Assembly: GCA_965277715.1 (NCBI GenBank)
Contig: OZ255836.1
Location: 2,688,001 to 2,752,000, forward strand
DNA: 64,000 bases
Direction: 5' to 3'
Origin: Gammaproteobacteria bacterium
GTDB lineage: Bacteria; Pseudomonadota; Gammaproteobacteria; JBCCGL01
Below are positions 9,995 to 18,408 of the stretch, in pieces. Below the pieces are notes generated by a model that was given only the letters and a program-made list of their open reading frames with translations, ran no database searches and was not told the origin of the DNA. Within the stretch, counting starts at the first letter, position 1. Every line of letters starts with the position of its first letter. The position numbers and the translations under genes were made by a program.

Positions 9995-11664
9995 TATGTG
10001 GCTTCAAAATGAAAGCCTGGGCGTTGCGCTGCCAGTGGTTCACGGCCCCGAATAAAATCGGCTGCCCGTTCAGCGATCATCTGCGTGGGGGCATTCAGGT
10101 TACCACTGACAATCGCCGGCATGACTGAAGCATCCACCACGTGCAGCCCATCGACACCGCGCACGCACAGCCGCGCATCGACTACTGCCTGCTCATCAAC
10201 ACCCATACGGCAGGTTCCACACGGGTGATAATCGGTCGATGTGGTATTGCGTATATAGGCTTCAATCGCCTGATCCGATTGCACCTCGGGGCACATTTCC
10301 GGGCCAGGCAGAATCCGCTTACCACGAAACGCATCAAACGCCGGTTGTGCCATTAGTTCCTGCATCGTTTTATACGCTTCGATCAACTCTTTAACATCGT
10401 AGGGGTCAGATAAATAATTAAACTGGGCCGCTGGTTTATCGGCGGGGTTATTTGAATTGAGGCGCACCTGCCCCCGGCTTTTGGGGCGCAGTTGGTCGGT
10501 ATTGATCTGATAACCCTGAAACAGCTCGATACGCCGACCGTGGTAAACATTGTAAACCGGGGTAAAGTGATACTGTAAATTGGGGTACGCCACCTCCTGG
10601 TTACCAAACACCAGCCCCCCCATTTCCCAGATATTTGACGCGCAAACTCCCTTGCGCGTCAGCAACCATTGCAACCCGGCTCTAACCTTGTGCAGGGGAT
10701 TACTCAAATAATTCAGGGTGATCGGTTGGGTACACGCAAAGGCGGTATCGACAGACAGGTGATCCTGCAGATTTTGCCCCACACCGGGCAAATCGATGAC
10801 CGGCTCAATACCCCGCTCACGCAGATGCAGCGCGGGGCCAATGCCCGATAACATAAGCAGTTGAGGGGATTTGATTGCCCCACACGACACAATCACTGAC
10901 CTGGCAGCGCGCACCGCCCTGCTTACCCCACGCCGTGTATAGCGCACCCCCACGGCGCGGCCATTCTCCACCAGAATACGCTCGACCAGCGTCCCTGTTT
11001 GCAGCGACACATTAGGCCGCTTTAACGCCGGTTTTAAGTGTGCCACTGCCGCGCTGCTGCGCCGCCCATTTTTAGTGGTGCTGTCCAGGCGGGCGATGCC
11101 CTCGGGTTTATAGCCGTTGAGATCATCGGAGACCCCTTGACCCGATTGAACACCCGCCTCCATCATCGCATCAAACAAGGGATTTTCCAGTGTGCCCTTA
11201 GTAACACCCAGCGGCCCGCTCCCGCCGCGCCACTCGTTCTCACCACGGTCAGATGACTCACACTTTTTAAAATAGGGCAGGCAGTGTTCAAAGCGCCACT
11301 GGGGTAAAGTAAATTCATCCGCCCAGTGGTCGTAATCCAGCGGGTGTCCGCGCATATATACCATCGAATTAATCGACGAAGAGCCACCGATCACCTTGCC
11401 CCGTGGCATCTCGATGGCCCGGTTATCACAGGCCGGTTCGGGTTCGGCCTTGTAATTCCAATTAATCCGGGGATCTTTATAAACGCTGTAAACCCCGGCG
11501 GGGATATGAATCAACAAATTGTGATCCATGGGGCCAGCTTCGAGCACCAACACCTGTGCATGCCCCCCCTCAGACAGTCGGTTTGCCAGCACGCATCCCG
11601 CCGAGCCTGCACCGAGTATGATGTAATCGTATTCCTGGGTTTCAGACATGGAGGGATAACGCAT
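9994..11664 (-). CDS. GMC-family FAD oxidoreductase (choline dehydrogenase-like)
   Basis: GAGSAG, RGKVIGGSSSIN, VGQNLQDH, YHPCGTCRMG, GNLNAPTQMIAE. Confidence 0.9.
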   Translation of the reverse strand: MRYPSMSETQEYDYIILGAGSAGCVLANRLSEGGHAQVLVLEAGPMDHNLLIHIPAGVYSVYKDPRINWNYKAEPEPACDNRAIEMPRGKVIGGSSSINSMVYMRGHPLDYDHWADEFTLPQWRFEHCLPYFKKCESSDRGENEWRGGSGPLGVTKGTLENPLFDAMMEAGVQSGQGVSDDLNGYKPEGIARLDSTTKNGRRSSAAVAHLKPALKRPNVSLQTGTLVERILVENGRAVGVRYTRRGVSRAVRAARSVIVSCGAIKSPQLLMLSGIGPALHLRERGIEPVIDLPGVGQNLQDHLSVDTAFACTQPITLNYLSNPLHKVRAGLQWLLTRKGVCASNIWEMGGLVFGNQEVAYPNLQYHFTPVYNVYHGRRIELFQGYQINTDQLRPKSRGQVRLNSNNPADKPAAQFNYLSDPYDVKELIEAYKTMQELMAQPAFDAFRGKRILPGPEMCPEVQSDQAIEAYIRNTTSTDYHPCGTCRMGVDEQAVVDARLCVRGVDGLHVVDASVMPAIVSGNLNAPTQMIAERAADFIRGREPLAAQRPGFHFEAT

Positions 11665-11718
11665 TAATGAAAGAGCGACGGTTATCCTAGAGCGTGCAGA
11701 TTTTTAAATCTACAGCCC

Positions 11719-11748
11719 CCCTTGATTTTTTTTCAGCCGTCGCTATTT
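11719..11748 (+). promoter_or_regulatory. Putative sigma-32 heat-shock promoter
   Basis: CCCTTGATT-N13-CGCTATTT versus consensus CTTGAAA-N13-15-CCCCATNT, upstream of a small heat-shock gene. Confidence 0.5.
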
Positions 11749-11756
11749 ATCATCCT

Positions 11757-11835
11757 GCGCAGGTTGGGTCTCAAAGAGAGCAACCTTGCGTAAGGTACTT
11801 TTTTTAATATTGCTTCTTTTGGAGAATATAGTATG
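11757..11835 (+). promoter_or_regulatory. ROSE-like RNA thermometer in the ibpA 5' UTR
   Basis: 5' hairpin (AGGTTG..CAACCT) then ATATT-G-CTTC-TTTT-GGAG-AATAT, with the UUGCU motif pairing the SD and leaving a bulged G. Confidence 0.75.
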
Positions 11836-12288
11836 AACACCATCGATTTAACCCCCCTCTACCGCAGCACTGTTGGTTTTGACCGCTTTGGTTCACTGCT
11901 GAATACCGCGCTACGCGGCGAACAGGTTTCTGCCGGTTACCCCCCTTACAACATCGAAGTGACCGGTGACGACCAGTACGACATCACCCTGGCAATCGCA
12001 GGCTTTGAAAACAGCGAGCTAGACATACAGGTGGAACAGGGCGTACTCACCGTACGCGGCAAAAAAGTAGCGGCGGACAACACCCGCACATACCTGTATC
12101 AGGGCATTGCCAACCGTAGCTTTGAGCGTAAATTCACCCTCGCGGACCACGTTGAAGTGACGGATGCAACATTTGAAAACGGTCTGTTAAGCATCAGCTT
12201 AGTCAAGGAAATACCTGAGGCGATGAAGCCGAAAAAAATTGCCATTAACAGTACCGAAAAAGTTATTCCTCACAGCAAGGCCGCGTAA
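11833..12288 (+). CDS. ibpA: Small heat shock protein (Hsp20)
   Basis: DLTPLYRSTVGFDR, YPPYNIE, YLYQGIA.R.FER.F, NGLL.I.L..EIPEAMKP. Confidence 0.93.
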   Translation: MNTIDLTPLYRSTVGFDRFGSLLNTALRGEQVSAGYPPYNIEVTGDDQYDITLAIAGFENSELDIQVEQGVLTVRGKKVAADNTRTYLYQGIANRSFERKFTLADHVEVTDATFENGLLSISLVKEIPEAMKPKKIAINSTEKVIPHSKAA

Positions 12289-12299
12289 AACCGGGTGTT

Positions 12300-12328
12300 C
12301 TGGCAGCGGTAGCACATACCGCTGCCAG
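12300..12328 (+). terminator. Strong stem-loop after ibpA
   Basis: CTGGCAGCGGTA-GCACA-TACCGCTGCCAG perfect 12-bp stem; no clear U tract. Confidence 0.5.
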
Positions 12329-12403
12329 GAGCCTGTCGGGCCTAGCTCCCGTGCCAACCAAAACCTGAAAATTTTGGGGCGCACCGTTTTTTCCGAATAA
12401 AGC

Positions 12404-12432
12404 AATAAAGGGTACTGACCCCAATACCGCTA
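12404..12432 (+). repeat. Copy of the IS4 left junction (target plus first 11 bp of the inverted repeat)
   Basis: AATAAAGGGTACTGACCCCAATACCGCTA is identical to 36035-36063. Confidence 0.85.
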
Positions 12433-12626
12433 GTGCAGTTGAAGGTGTAGCTAGTGGCGTAAAAGTGACTTCAGGGCAATTAATTGGTGTAACAGATTTA
12501 AGTGGTCGATCTTCTGGCCCGCATCTACATTTCACAGTGCAGACTGGTTCAAGCCATTCAACTCGTTACAATCCGGTTGACTATTTTCGAAGAAATATTC
12601 CAACTTTAAATATTAGTTACAAATAG
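12432..12626 (+). pseudogene. Orphan C-terminal M23 peptidase fragment (toxin-tip-like), not in the ORF track
   Basis: Manual translation SAVEGVASGVKVTSGQLIGVTDLSGRSSGPHLHFTVQTGSSHSTRYNPVDYFRRNIPTLNISYK*; contains the M23 GQLIG..SSGPHLHF motif; no start codon. Confidence 0.8.
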
Positions 12627-12655
12627 CTCAGCATATAGAAAGAGATTAGATAGAT

Positions 12656-13117
12656 ATGGTTAAACTTGTAAAACAGAATTTGCTTTGCATACTTTTGGTG
12701 TCATGCACTTTGTCGGCTCAAAATTTGGCAGATGAAGCGTTAAATTTACTGAAAAATGAACGAAAAAACCTTACTGATATAAGATTAATTGATATTGAAG
12801 ATTATGATCGGTGGGATCAGGTTAATCTTGCGAATCAACAATGTGCTTTTGTTAAACAATTTGATTTAACACACGATGGAAAGAAAGAACTATTTTTAGC
12901 AGGGTATAGTAAAAAGTTTAGTAATGCCTATTTGTTAATATTTTCTACCAATCCCTTAGATTTGCTGAAAGTTCAAGAATTTTCTCATCCTCAATTATGT
13001 ATTGTTAAGTCGCAAAACAGTCTCCGTGTTATTAACAAATTCGGTACAGAAATGGAGGGAGATATAATCTGGGATGGGATGGAGATTAACTTTGTACCGT
13101 ATATTCCAGATTATTAA
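12656..13117 (+). CDS. Hypothetical exported protein/lipoprotein, candidate immunity protein
   Basis: AT-rich, lipobox-like LLVSC, immediately after the M23 fragment. Confidence 0.55.
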   Translation: MVKLVKQNLLCILLVSCTLSAQNLADEALNLLKNERKNLTDIRLIDIEDYDRWDQVNLANQQCAFVKQFDLTHDGKKELFLAGYSKKFSNAYLLIFSTNPLDLLKVQEFSHPQLCIVKSQNSLRVINKFGTEMEGDIIWDGMEINFVPYIPDY

Positions 13118-13138
13118 AAAATAGGTGCCAGGTCCACA

Positions 13139-13543
13139 TTAATTTCTGATGGTCTGACTTTCGCCGACCAGCTTTTGCATATTGGACCGTGCCACTAAAC
13201 CATCAAGCATAATCACCAGTGCTTGTTGGTCCTGGTCGGGTAAATTATCGACTTTCTCGTAGAGGTGCAACAGTTTATTGTTGCGGATTTTGGGTTCGGA
13301 AATGGACTCAGTGCGGCCGACGAGTTCATCAAGGCTGACCTTTAGAATATCAGCAATCTTAATCAATGTATCCAGTTGGGGCATATTGCTACCGCGCTCC
13401 CAACGGTTGTAGGCACGCGGGTCTATATCCAATAAACTAGCGAGCCGTGCTTGCGTCATACTCCTTTCCTCTCTTAGCTGCTTGAGCCTTTTGGCAAAGT
13501 CGATCATGGGAATCAGTTCAATCAAGTTGTTACTGGTTGGCAT
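13139..13543 (-). CDS. XRE-family HTH transcriptional regulator
   Basis: FAKRLKQLR..MTQ..LA..YNRWERG..P.LDTLIKIADIL.VSLDELVGR. Confidence 0.9.
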   Translation of the reverse strand: MPTSNNLIELIPMIDFAKRLKQLREERSMTQARLASLLDIDPRAYNRWERGSNMPQLDTLIKIADILKVSLDELVGRTESISEPKIRNNKLLHLYEKVDNLPDQDQQALVIMLDGLVARSNMQKLVGESQTIRN

Positions 13544-13601
13544 TATATGGCCTCATTAAAATTGTCAATTTGATAATCATCATATATGTCTATTGACACT
13601 A

Positions 13602-13741
13602 TTTTTAATTAATGCAGAAATTATGCGCAATGGCTGGCTTCAGTTAGCGGTATAAAACCATCACATCATTTTTTTCCTTTAGCCGCTAACACAAGCCATT
13701 CCATTGGCCGCTGCGCCGCATAATTTGCATTATGTGTAAAT
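13602..13741. other. Fold-back element of two inverted dif-like (XerC/XerD) sites
   Basis: Plus strand GCGCCGCATAA-TTTGCA-TTATGTGTAAAT (13713-13741); minus strand ATTGCGCATAA-TTTCTGCA-TTAATTAAAAA (13631-13602); the sequence between them is also self-complementary. Confidence 0.55.
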
Positions 13742-13947
13742 GCTGCGGTGGCTGTAAGGGTATTGTTGCTGATGCAACAATATAACTCTTTGTCCCCCCT
13801 GAATCCCCCCAGGGTGGACGTTGCCAATTATTAATCCTGGCTCGCTTCGCTTGCCAGTATCAATAATCGCCTCGGCGGCTGAGGAAAAAGGTGCGTCGGG
13901 AATTTTTTTGCTACAATGAACCTTGAACTGGAAAAACTGAGTGATAA

Positions 13948-14430
13948 GTGTTTGTAGCCACTAGCGAAAATCCCATCTTTGCCTACGATGTGCGTTGGTG
14001 TCATCCACATGCACAAGAGGGGCAACAAAATCCATTATATGCAGTTGCTGACGGCAAAGTATTTCGTGCGGGTTATCAAAACCCTAATGACGCTGATAGC
14101 GGGCTAGGTTTCAGGTTATCGACTAGTGATGAAGATGGGTATTATCAGTATGGTCATTTAGATCCGGATAGTCTTACTGTTAGTGTGGGAGACACGATAA
14201 AGAAAGGAAACCTTATCGGTAGTTACGCTGATCCTACAAATGGGGGTTCAAGCGGTCCTCATGTGCATTTAGAAAGGAGGTTGTGGTCTAATCCTCGAGT
14301 GACTGTAAATCCAGGTAATATATCACCTCTTAGACCTACTGGAGTAATATCTGCCCACTGGAATAGAACTGATAGAGTGCATAAAACACCGCATCAAGGG
14401 ATAGATTGGGCTTACCCAAGGAGTGATTAA
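13948..14430 (+). CDS. M23-family peptidase domain with circularly permuted motif order, probable orphan toxin tip
   Basis: YAVADGKV, YGHL..V.VGD.IKKG.LIG, SSGPHVH, then C-terminal ISAHW..HQGIDW; the true start is uncertain. Confidence 0.75.
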   Translation: MFVATSENPIFAYDVRWCHPHAQEGQQNPLYAVADGKVFRAGYQNPNDADSGLGFRLSTSDEDGYYQYGHLDPDSLTVSVGDTIKKGNLIGSYADPTNGGSSGPHVHLERRLWSNPRVTVNPGNISPLRPTGVISAHWNRTDRVHKTPHQGIDWAYPRSD

Positions 14431-14963
14431 TGTCTAAGTATATATGTTTTTTAATTTGTGTTTTGATTACTGGAGCCTGTAATGCTAGTAATTTGATTTC
14501 TTGTGGTTCTTCTTCACTAGATGTTACAGTTGAAAAGCACTATGAGGGGCAAAGCGTTTTTATCAGGATATTTGATAGCGAAGGGAAAAAATTGCTGTTT
14601 CCTATTTTGATAAATAAAGGAAAATTTCTTTCTTTGTGTGAACAAAGTAAATTCTTATTAATTAATGATACTGCTCATTACAAGCCTGGAGCGTCTTTTT
14701 TAATGAGATACGATGGTCAGGTATTGGCGAGTTTTGAATTTGGACTAATAGCTAGTATTGAGAAGTCCGAAGATGATAAATTATTTTGGGTTCAGAACTT
14801 TGACATTTTAGAAGATAGAAGACCAGTAACTATTTTAAATGTCTATAATGAACATGGAGATAGTGTTGTCAACCAGACGTTTAAGAATCGACAAATCTAT
14901 TCGTTAAATGTAAATGATGTTGAATACCATATCTCAATAAAGGCACCTGAATATCCAGGGTAA
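14430..14963 (+). CDS. Hypothetical lipoprotein, candidate immunity protein
   Basis: Lipobox-like LITGAC; TAATG overlap with the M23 gene; AT-rich. Confidence 0.6.
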   Translation: MSKYICFLICVLITGACNASNLISCGSSSLDVTVEKHYEGQSVFIRIFDSEGKKLLFPILINKGKFLSLCEQSKFLLINDTAHYKPGASFLMRYDGQVLASFEFGLIASIEKSEDDKLFWVQNFDILEDRRPVTILNVYNEHGDSVVNQTFKNRQIYSLNVNDVEYHISIKAPEYPG

Positions 14964-15103
14964 TTATCTAGCCACCATCCGATTAAGCTGTGCCTTTTTG
15001 ATAAGGCTATCAATCACTTGGTAAACGATCAATTAAGAGCGTTCTATATTTTACGTTCGATTTTCTTCAGACTGTTTTTAAGTTAAATTTTTTGGAGGAT
15101 TTC

Positions 15104-15890
15104 ATGAACAAACGCAGTCGAGACAGCCAGCCCAACGGGCTCGGGCAACTGGCGCAGGTCAGCGACAGCCAGGGCTATATTGAGCGCTATGAGTACGACC
15201 GACTCGGCCGCAACCAGTTAACCCGCACCACCTTGCCCGGACACGGGGAATACACCCAACGGCAAACCTTCGATGCTTACGGTCGGCTATTTCAACAGTT
15301 CGACGCCAGCAGTGGCCAGCGCAACAACGGGGTGCGGGGGCTGCAGTATCGTTACAATGCTTTAGGTTTTCAGCAGTGTATTGAATCGGTGCGTCGCAGT
15401 GGCGACCGCCCGCAGTTGATTTATTACGAAGTCGAGCAAGTGGATGTCCGTGGCAACATCACCCGCAGTCGTCAAGGCAATGGCATTGTCACCGCCAAAA
15501 CCTACAACGCCGCCACGGGTCGGCTTGAGCAAGTCAATGGCACGCGGCTTGATCAAAGCCAAGTACAAGCACTCACCTATGAATGGGACCGCCTTGGTAA
15601 CTTAACTCGCCGCCAAGAGGGCAGTGGCAATAGTGATTTGACGGAGGTGTTTAGATATGACCGAATGAATCGGCTGGTTAATGTATGGTTGATGTATGGA
15701 TTCCACAGAGTTACAAATCATACCCTACGCTACGATAAAATTGGCAATATCACCTACAAATCCGATGTGGGCAACTATCAATACGGCGCCAATGGCGCAG
15801 ACCCCCATGCGGTGACCAGTGCAGGCGGTGCCAGCTATGCCTACAATGCCAATGGCAACCAAATCCGTGGTGATAACCGCACCCTGCAAT
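15104..15890 (+). pseudogene. Rhs/YD-repeat protein fragment truncated by IS3
   Basis: YEYDRLGR, FDAYGR, YEWDRLGN, YDRMNRL, YDKIGNITYKSDVG, PHAV, YNANGN repeats; the frame runs into the IS end at 15891. Confidence 0.85.
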
Positions 15891-15955
15891 TGATGTGGCT
15901 ACACTAATTCGGACCCCTCACTTGAAGTAAACTGAGTTTACGCGAGGAACCGAAA

Positions 15956-16243
15956 ATGAAAGAGAAGCAATCCTATACGGCTGATTTTAGAGAGTCAGCG
16001 GTTAAATTAGTCCTGAAAAACGACCAGCCTATAGCCGCGACCGCACGCGAACTGGGCGTGAACGAGAATACTTTGCATACCTGGATCAGCAAGTATAGCC
16101 AACCGAAAGCGGATGGCAGTGGCCACAGCGATGAGCACTTATATGATGAACTCAAACAGTTGAAAAAAGAAAACGCGCGTTTGAAAGAGGAACGCGACCT
16201 GTTAAAAAAGGCGGCCGCGTACTTTGCCAAGGAACAAGCGTGA
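15956..16243 (+). CDS. IS3 transposase OrfA
   Basis: YTADFRESAV..ARELGV...TL..W HTH; coiled coil ending ERDLLKKAAAYFAKE. Confidence 0.9.
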   Translation: MKEKQSYTADFRESAVKLVLKNDQPIAATARELGVNENTLHTWISKYSQPKADGSGHSDEHLYDELKQLKKENARLKEERDLLKKAAAYFAKEQA

Positions 16244-17102
16244 AGTACGCCTGGATACAGCAACATCAATCCGGCTATGGTGTTCGACCTCTTTGTCGCT
16301 TTATGGCGGTTTCCATTAGCGGCTATTATGCGTGGTCAAAACAATGCACCACAGCACGCTATCAGGAAGATCAACAGCTGACAGAACGTCTGCACGTCTT
16401 TTTTGAGCAAGGACGAGGGACTTATGGTGCCCGGCGTTTAAAGCATTTGTTTGCCAATGAAGGGTTCGTATCAGTCGCCGCCGAATAGGCCGTCTCATGG
16501 TACAAGCAGGGCTTTGTTGCCGTACCAAACGTAAGTTCAAAGTGACAACAGACTCCAAACACCATAACCCCATTGCGCCCAATCATCTGAATCGAGCCTT
16601 CACCGTTGAACAACCTGACCGCTGTTATGTTGGTGACATTACCTCCATCTGGACGCAACAGGGCTGGCTTTACCTGGCCGTCGTGATTGACCTGTTCTCT
16701 CGTCAAATAGTGGGTTGGTCTATCCAATCACACATGAGAACCAGTCTGGTGGATGACACATTGCTGATGGCGATTTGGCGGCGTAAGTCCAAAGCTGGCC
16801 TGCTATGGCACACAGATCGTGGCTGCCAGTATGCCTCTAATCACCATCGCCGCTTACTAAAACAACACCATATTATTCAAAGTATGAGCTGCAAAGGCAA
16901 TTGCTGGGATAACAGCGTGGCTGAAAGTTTTTTCCACACCTTGAAAACCGAATTAATTTACCCACAAACCGGGTCAACCCGAGAGGAGGTCAGACAAGCT
17001 ATTTTTGAATATATTGAAGTCTTTTACAATCGCCAGCGATTACATTCCGCTAATGGCTATTTGTCACCCGTGGATTATGAACTGTCTAAAAAGATCGCTT
17101 AA
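16240..17102 (+). pseudogene. IS3 transposase OrfB (DDE), frameshifted near 16470
   Basis: Split into 16240-16488 and 16497-17102; the ISRRRIGRLM segment sits in the second frame; GDIT, HTDRG.QY, GNCWDN.VAESFF motifs. Confidence 0.85.
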
Positions 17103-17155
17103 ACATGTGTCCGATAATGTGTTGACACATCAGAGTGGCTGTGAAAGAACGTGTA

Positions 17156-17914
17156 ATGACTGGTGCAATATCGACTTATTTGCCCGAAAAGTGCTATGGA
17201 TTTATCAAAGGGGATGATGGTAAAGACTACTTTTTCCATGAGCAAGATTTTGATGATAAACAGCAGATAAGTGGTTTGTGTGAAGCGGCTTTCGTCGAAT
17301 TTGACCAGCAGGCTACACCAAAGGGATATAAGGCCCGGCGCTGTCGACTTATCGATGCTGCAAAAGTTATGACCTATGTCACGCCGGATGGCGTTCTCAC
17401 TTCGCGTTCAAATAGTATTCGCGGTTGGGATATGGTGGAGTGTGGAGGTTGGATTGTGCATGGCACTTCATCAGGTTCACCCGATGCGGCAAGAAAGGAG
17501 GTAATAAAGCATGCGATATTATTAGAAGCCAATGCGGTAGTTGAGCTTGAATACTACAAGACAACAGGATCGGAGCAAGGCACGGGAAGAGGTACACACT
17601 ATTATACAATTCACAATTTTCGTGGGCGTCCAGCCGTTGTCGCTAAACGAAATGCGAGAGGGCAATATCGAAAAGAAGATCTATTGGGCGTAAACGAACG
17701 AGCGCAGAAGATGAAAGATAAATTTGAGGAAGAGGCTAACAGGAGTGCAAATTGGAGTCTTATCGTATCCGTCGTGCTTGCCGCTATTATCTATTTTGCG
17801 TGGGATGAATCCACACAGGCAGTGGTCATTTGTGTAATTATCGGCTGCATTTCCATAGCTCTTCTAGACTCGTCAGACGATGGTAAATGGTTGGAAAAGG
17901 TGGGTGAATCCTAA
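17156..17914 (+). CDS. Cold-shock-domain protein with a YbjQ-like middle domain and two C-terminal TM helices
   Basis: KCYGFIKGDDGKDYFFH (RNP motifs); ANAVV..Y..G pattern; hydrophobic C-terminus; ORF is open from 17135. Confidence 0.7.
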   Translation: MTGAISTYLPEKCYGFIKGDDGKDYFFHEQDFDDKQQISGLCEAAFVEFDQQATPKGYKARRCRLIDAAKVMTYVTPDGVLTSRSNSIRGWDMVECGGWIVHGTSSGSPDAARKEVIKHAILLEANAVVELEYYKTTGSEQGTGRGTHYYTIHNFRGRPAVVAKRNARGQYRKEDLLGVNERAQKMKDKFEEEANRSANWSLIVSVVLAAIIYFAWDESTQAVVICVIIGCISIALLDSSDDGKWLEKVGES

Positions 17915-18027
17915 GATATTTTTCGCCTATTTTGCTCTGTTACATGCCACAAGAAAACGTCTTCTTTTTCACCTATTGAAAAGACACTTAAAGCGCCTAT
18001 ACTACTAAGTATAGGTGACGGAATAAG

Positions 18028-18408
18028 ATGATGAATACGACAATAACTTCTGCGAAAGAGAACTCAGAACCTAGCGCATTGCGTAGCTGGGTGCTGTTCT
18101 TCTTAACGTTACTGGCTGCCTTCATAGCCTGGAATGTGGCAGAGGCGCTTGGTGCCGACACCCTGTTTCAAGTCGTAATTGCGGTATTTGTCCTTGCCAT
18201 CAACCGCGATATCCGTGAAGGGTTTATTGAAGGTATTATGACGAATCTTAATCGTGAGGCAGCGCCCACGTCTTGCGAAGATCGAGAGATCATCGATGAC
18301 AATGGCGGCGACTATAGTATTGGCCATGAAAAGGGTTGGGGATATGATTCGGATGGCAATTACACTTATGGATGGAAGTTGCATCCAGGGAGCCACAGGC
18401 TTCGTTAG
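18028..18408 (+). CDS. Small two-TM protein with acidic/aromatic tail, candidate ICE entry-exclusion protein (variant A)
   Basis: Convergent with a traG 3' end; paralog at 20081; TTGAAA-N16-TATACT promoter at 17976-18003. Confidence 0.55.
   Translation: MMNTTITSAKENSEPSALRSWVLFFLTLLAAFIAWNVAEALGADTLFQVVIAVFVLAINRDIREGFIEGIMTNLNREAAPTSCEDREIIDDNGGDYSIGHEKGWGYDSDGNYTYGWKLHPGSHRLR

Larger units (their letters stand above)
15891..17132 (+). mobile_element. IS3-family insertion sequence (about 1.24 kb)
   Basis: TG..CA ends; imperfect inverted repeats TGATGTGGCTACACTAATTCGGAC / GTCCGATAATGTGTTGACACATCA; no target-site duplication visible. Confidence 0.9.

Noticed and set aside
12263-12535. Minus-strand 90-aa ORF
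   Set aside because: Shadow of the plus-strand M23 fragment and the ibpA stem-loop
15061-15088. TTAAGTTAAAT XerD-like arm before the Rhs fragment
   Set aside because: No convincing XerC arm; the AT-rich context makes a chance match likely
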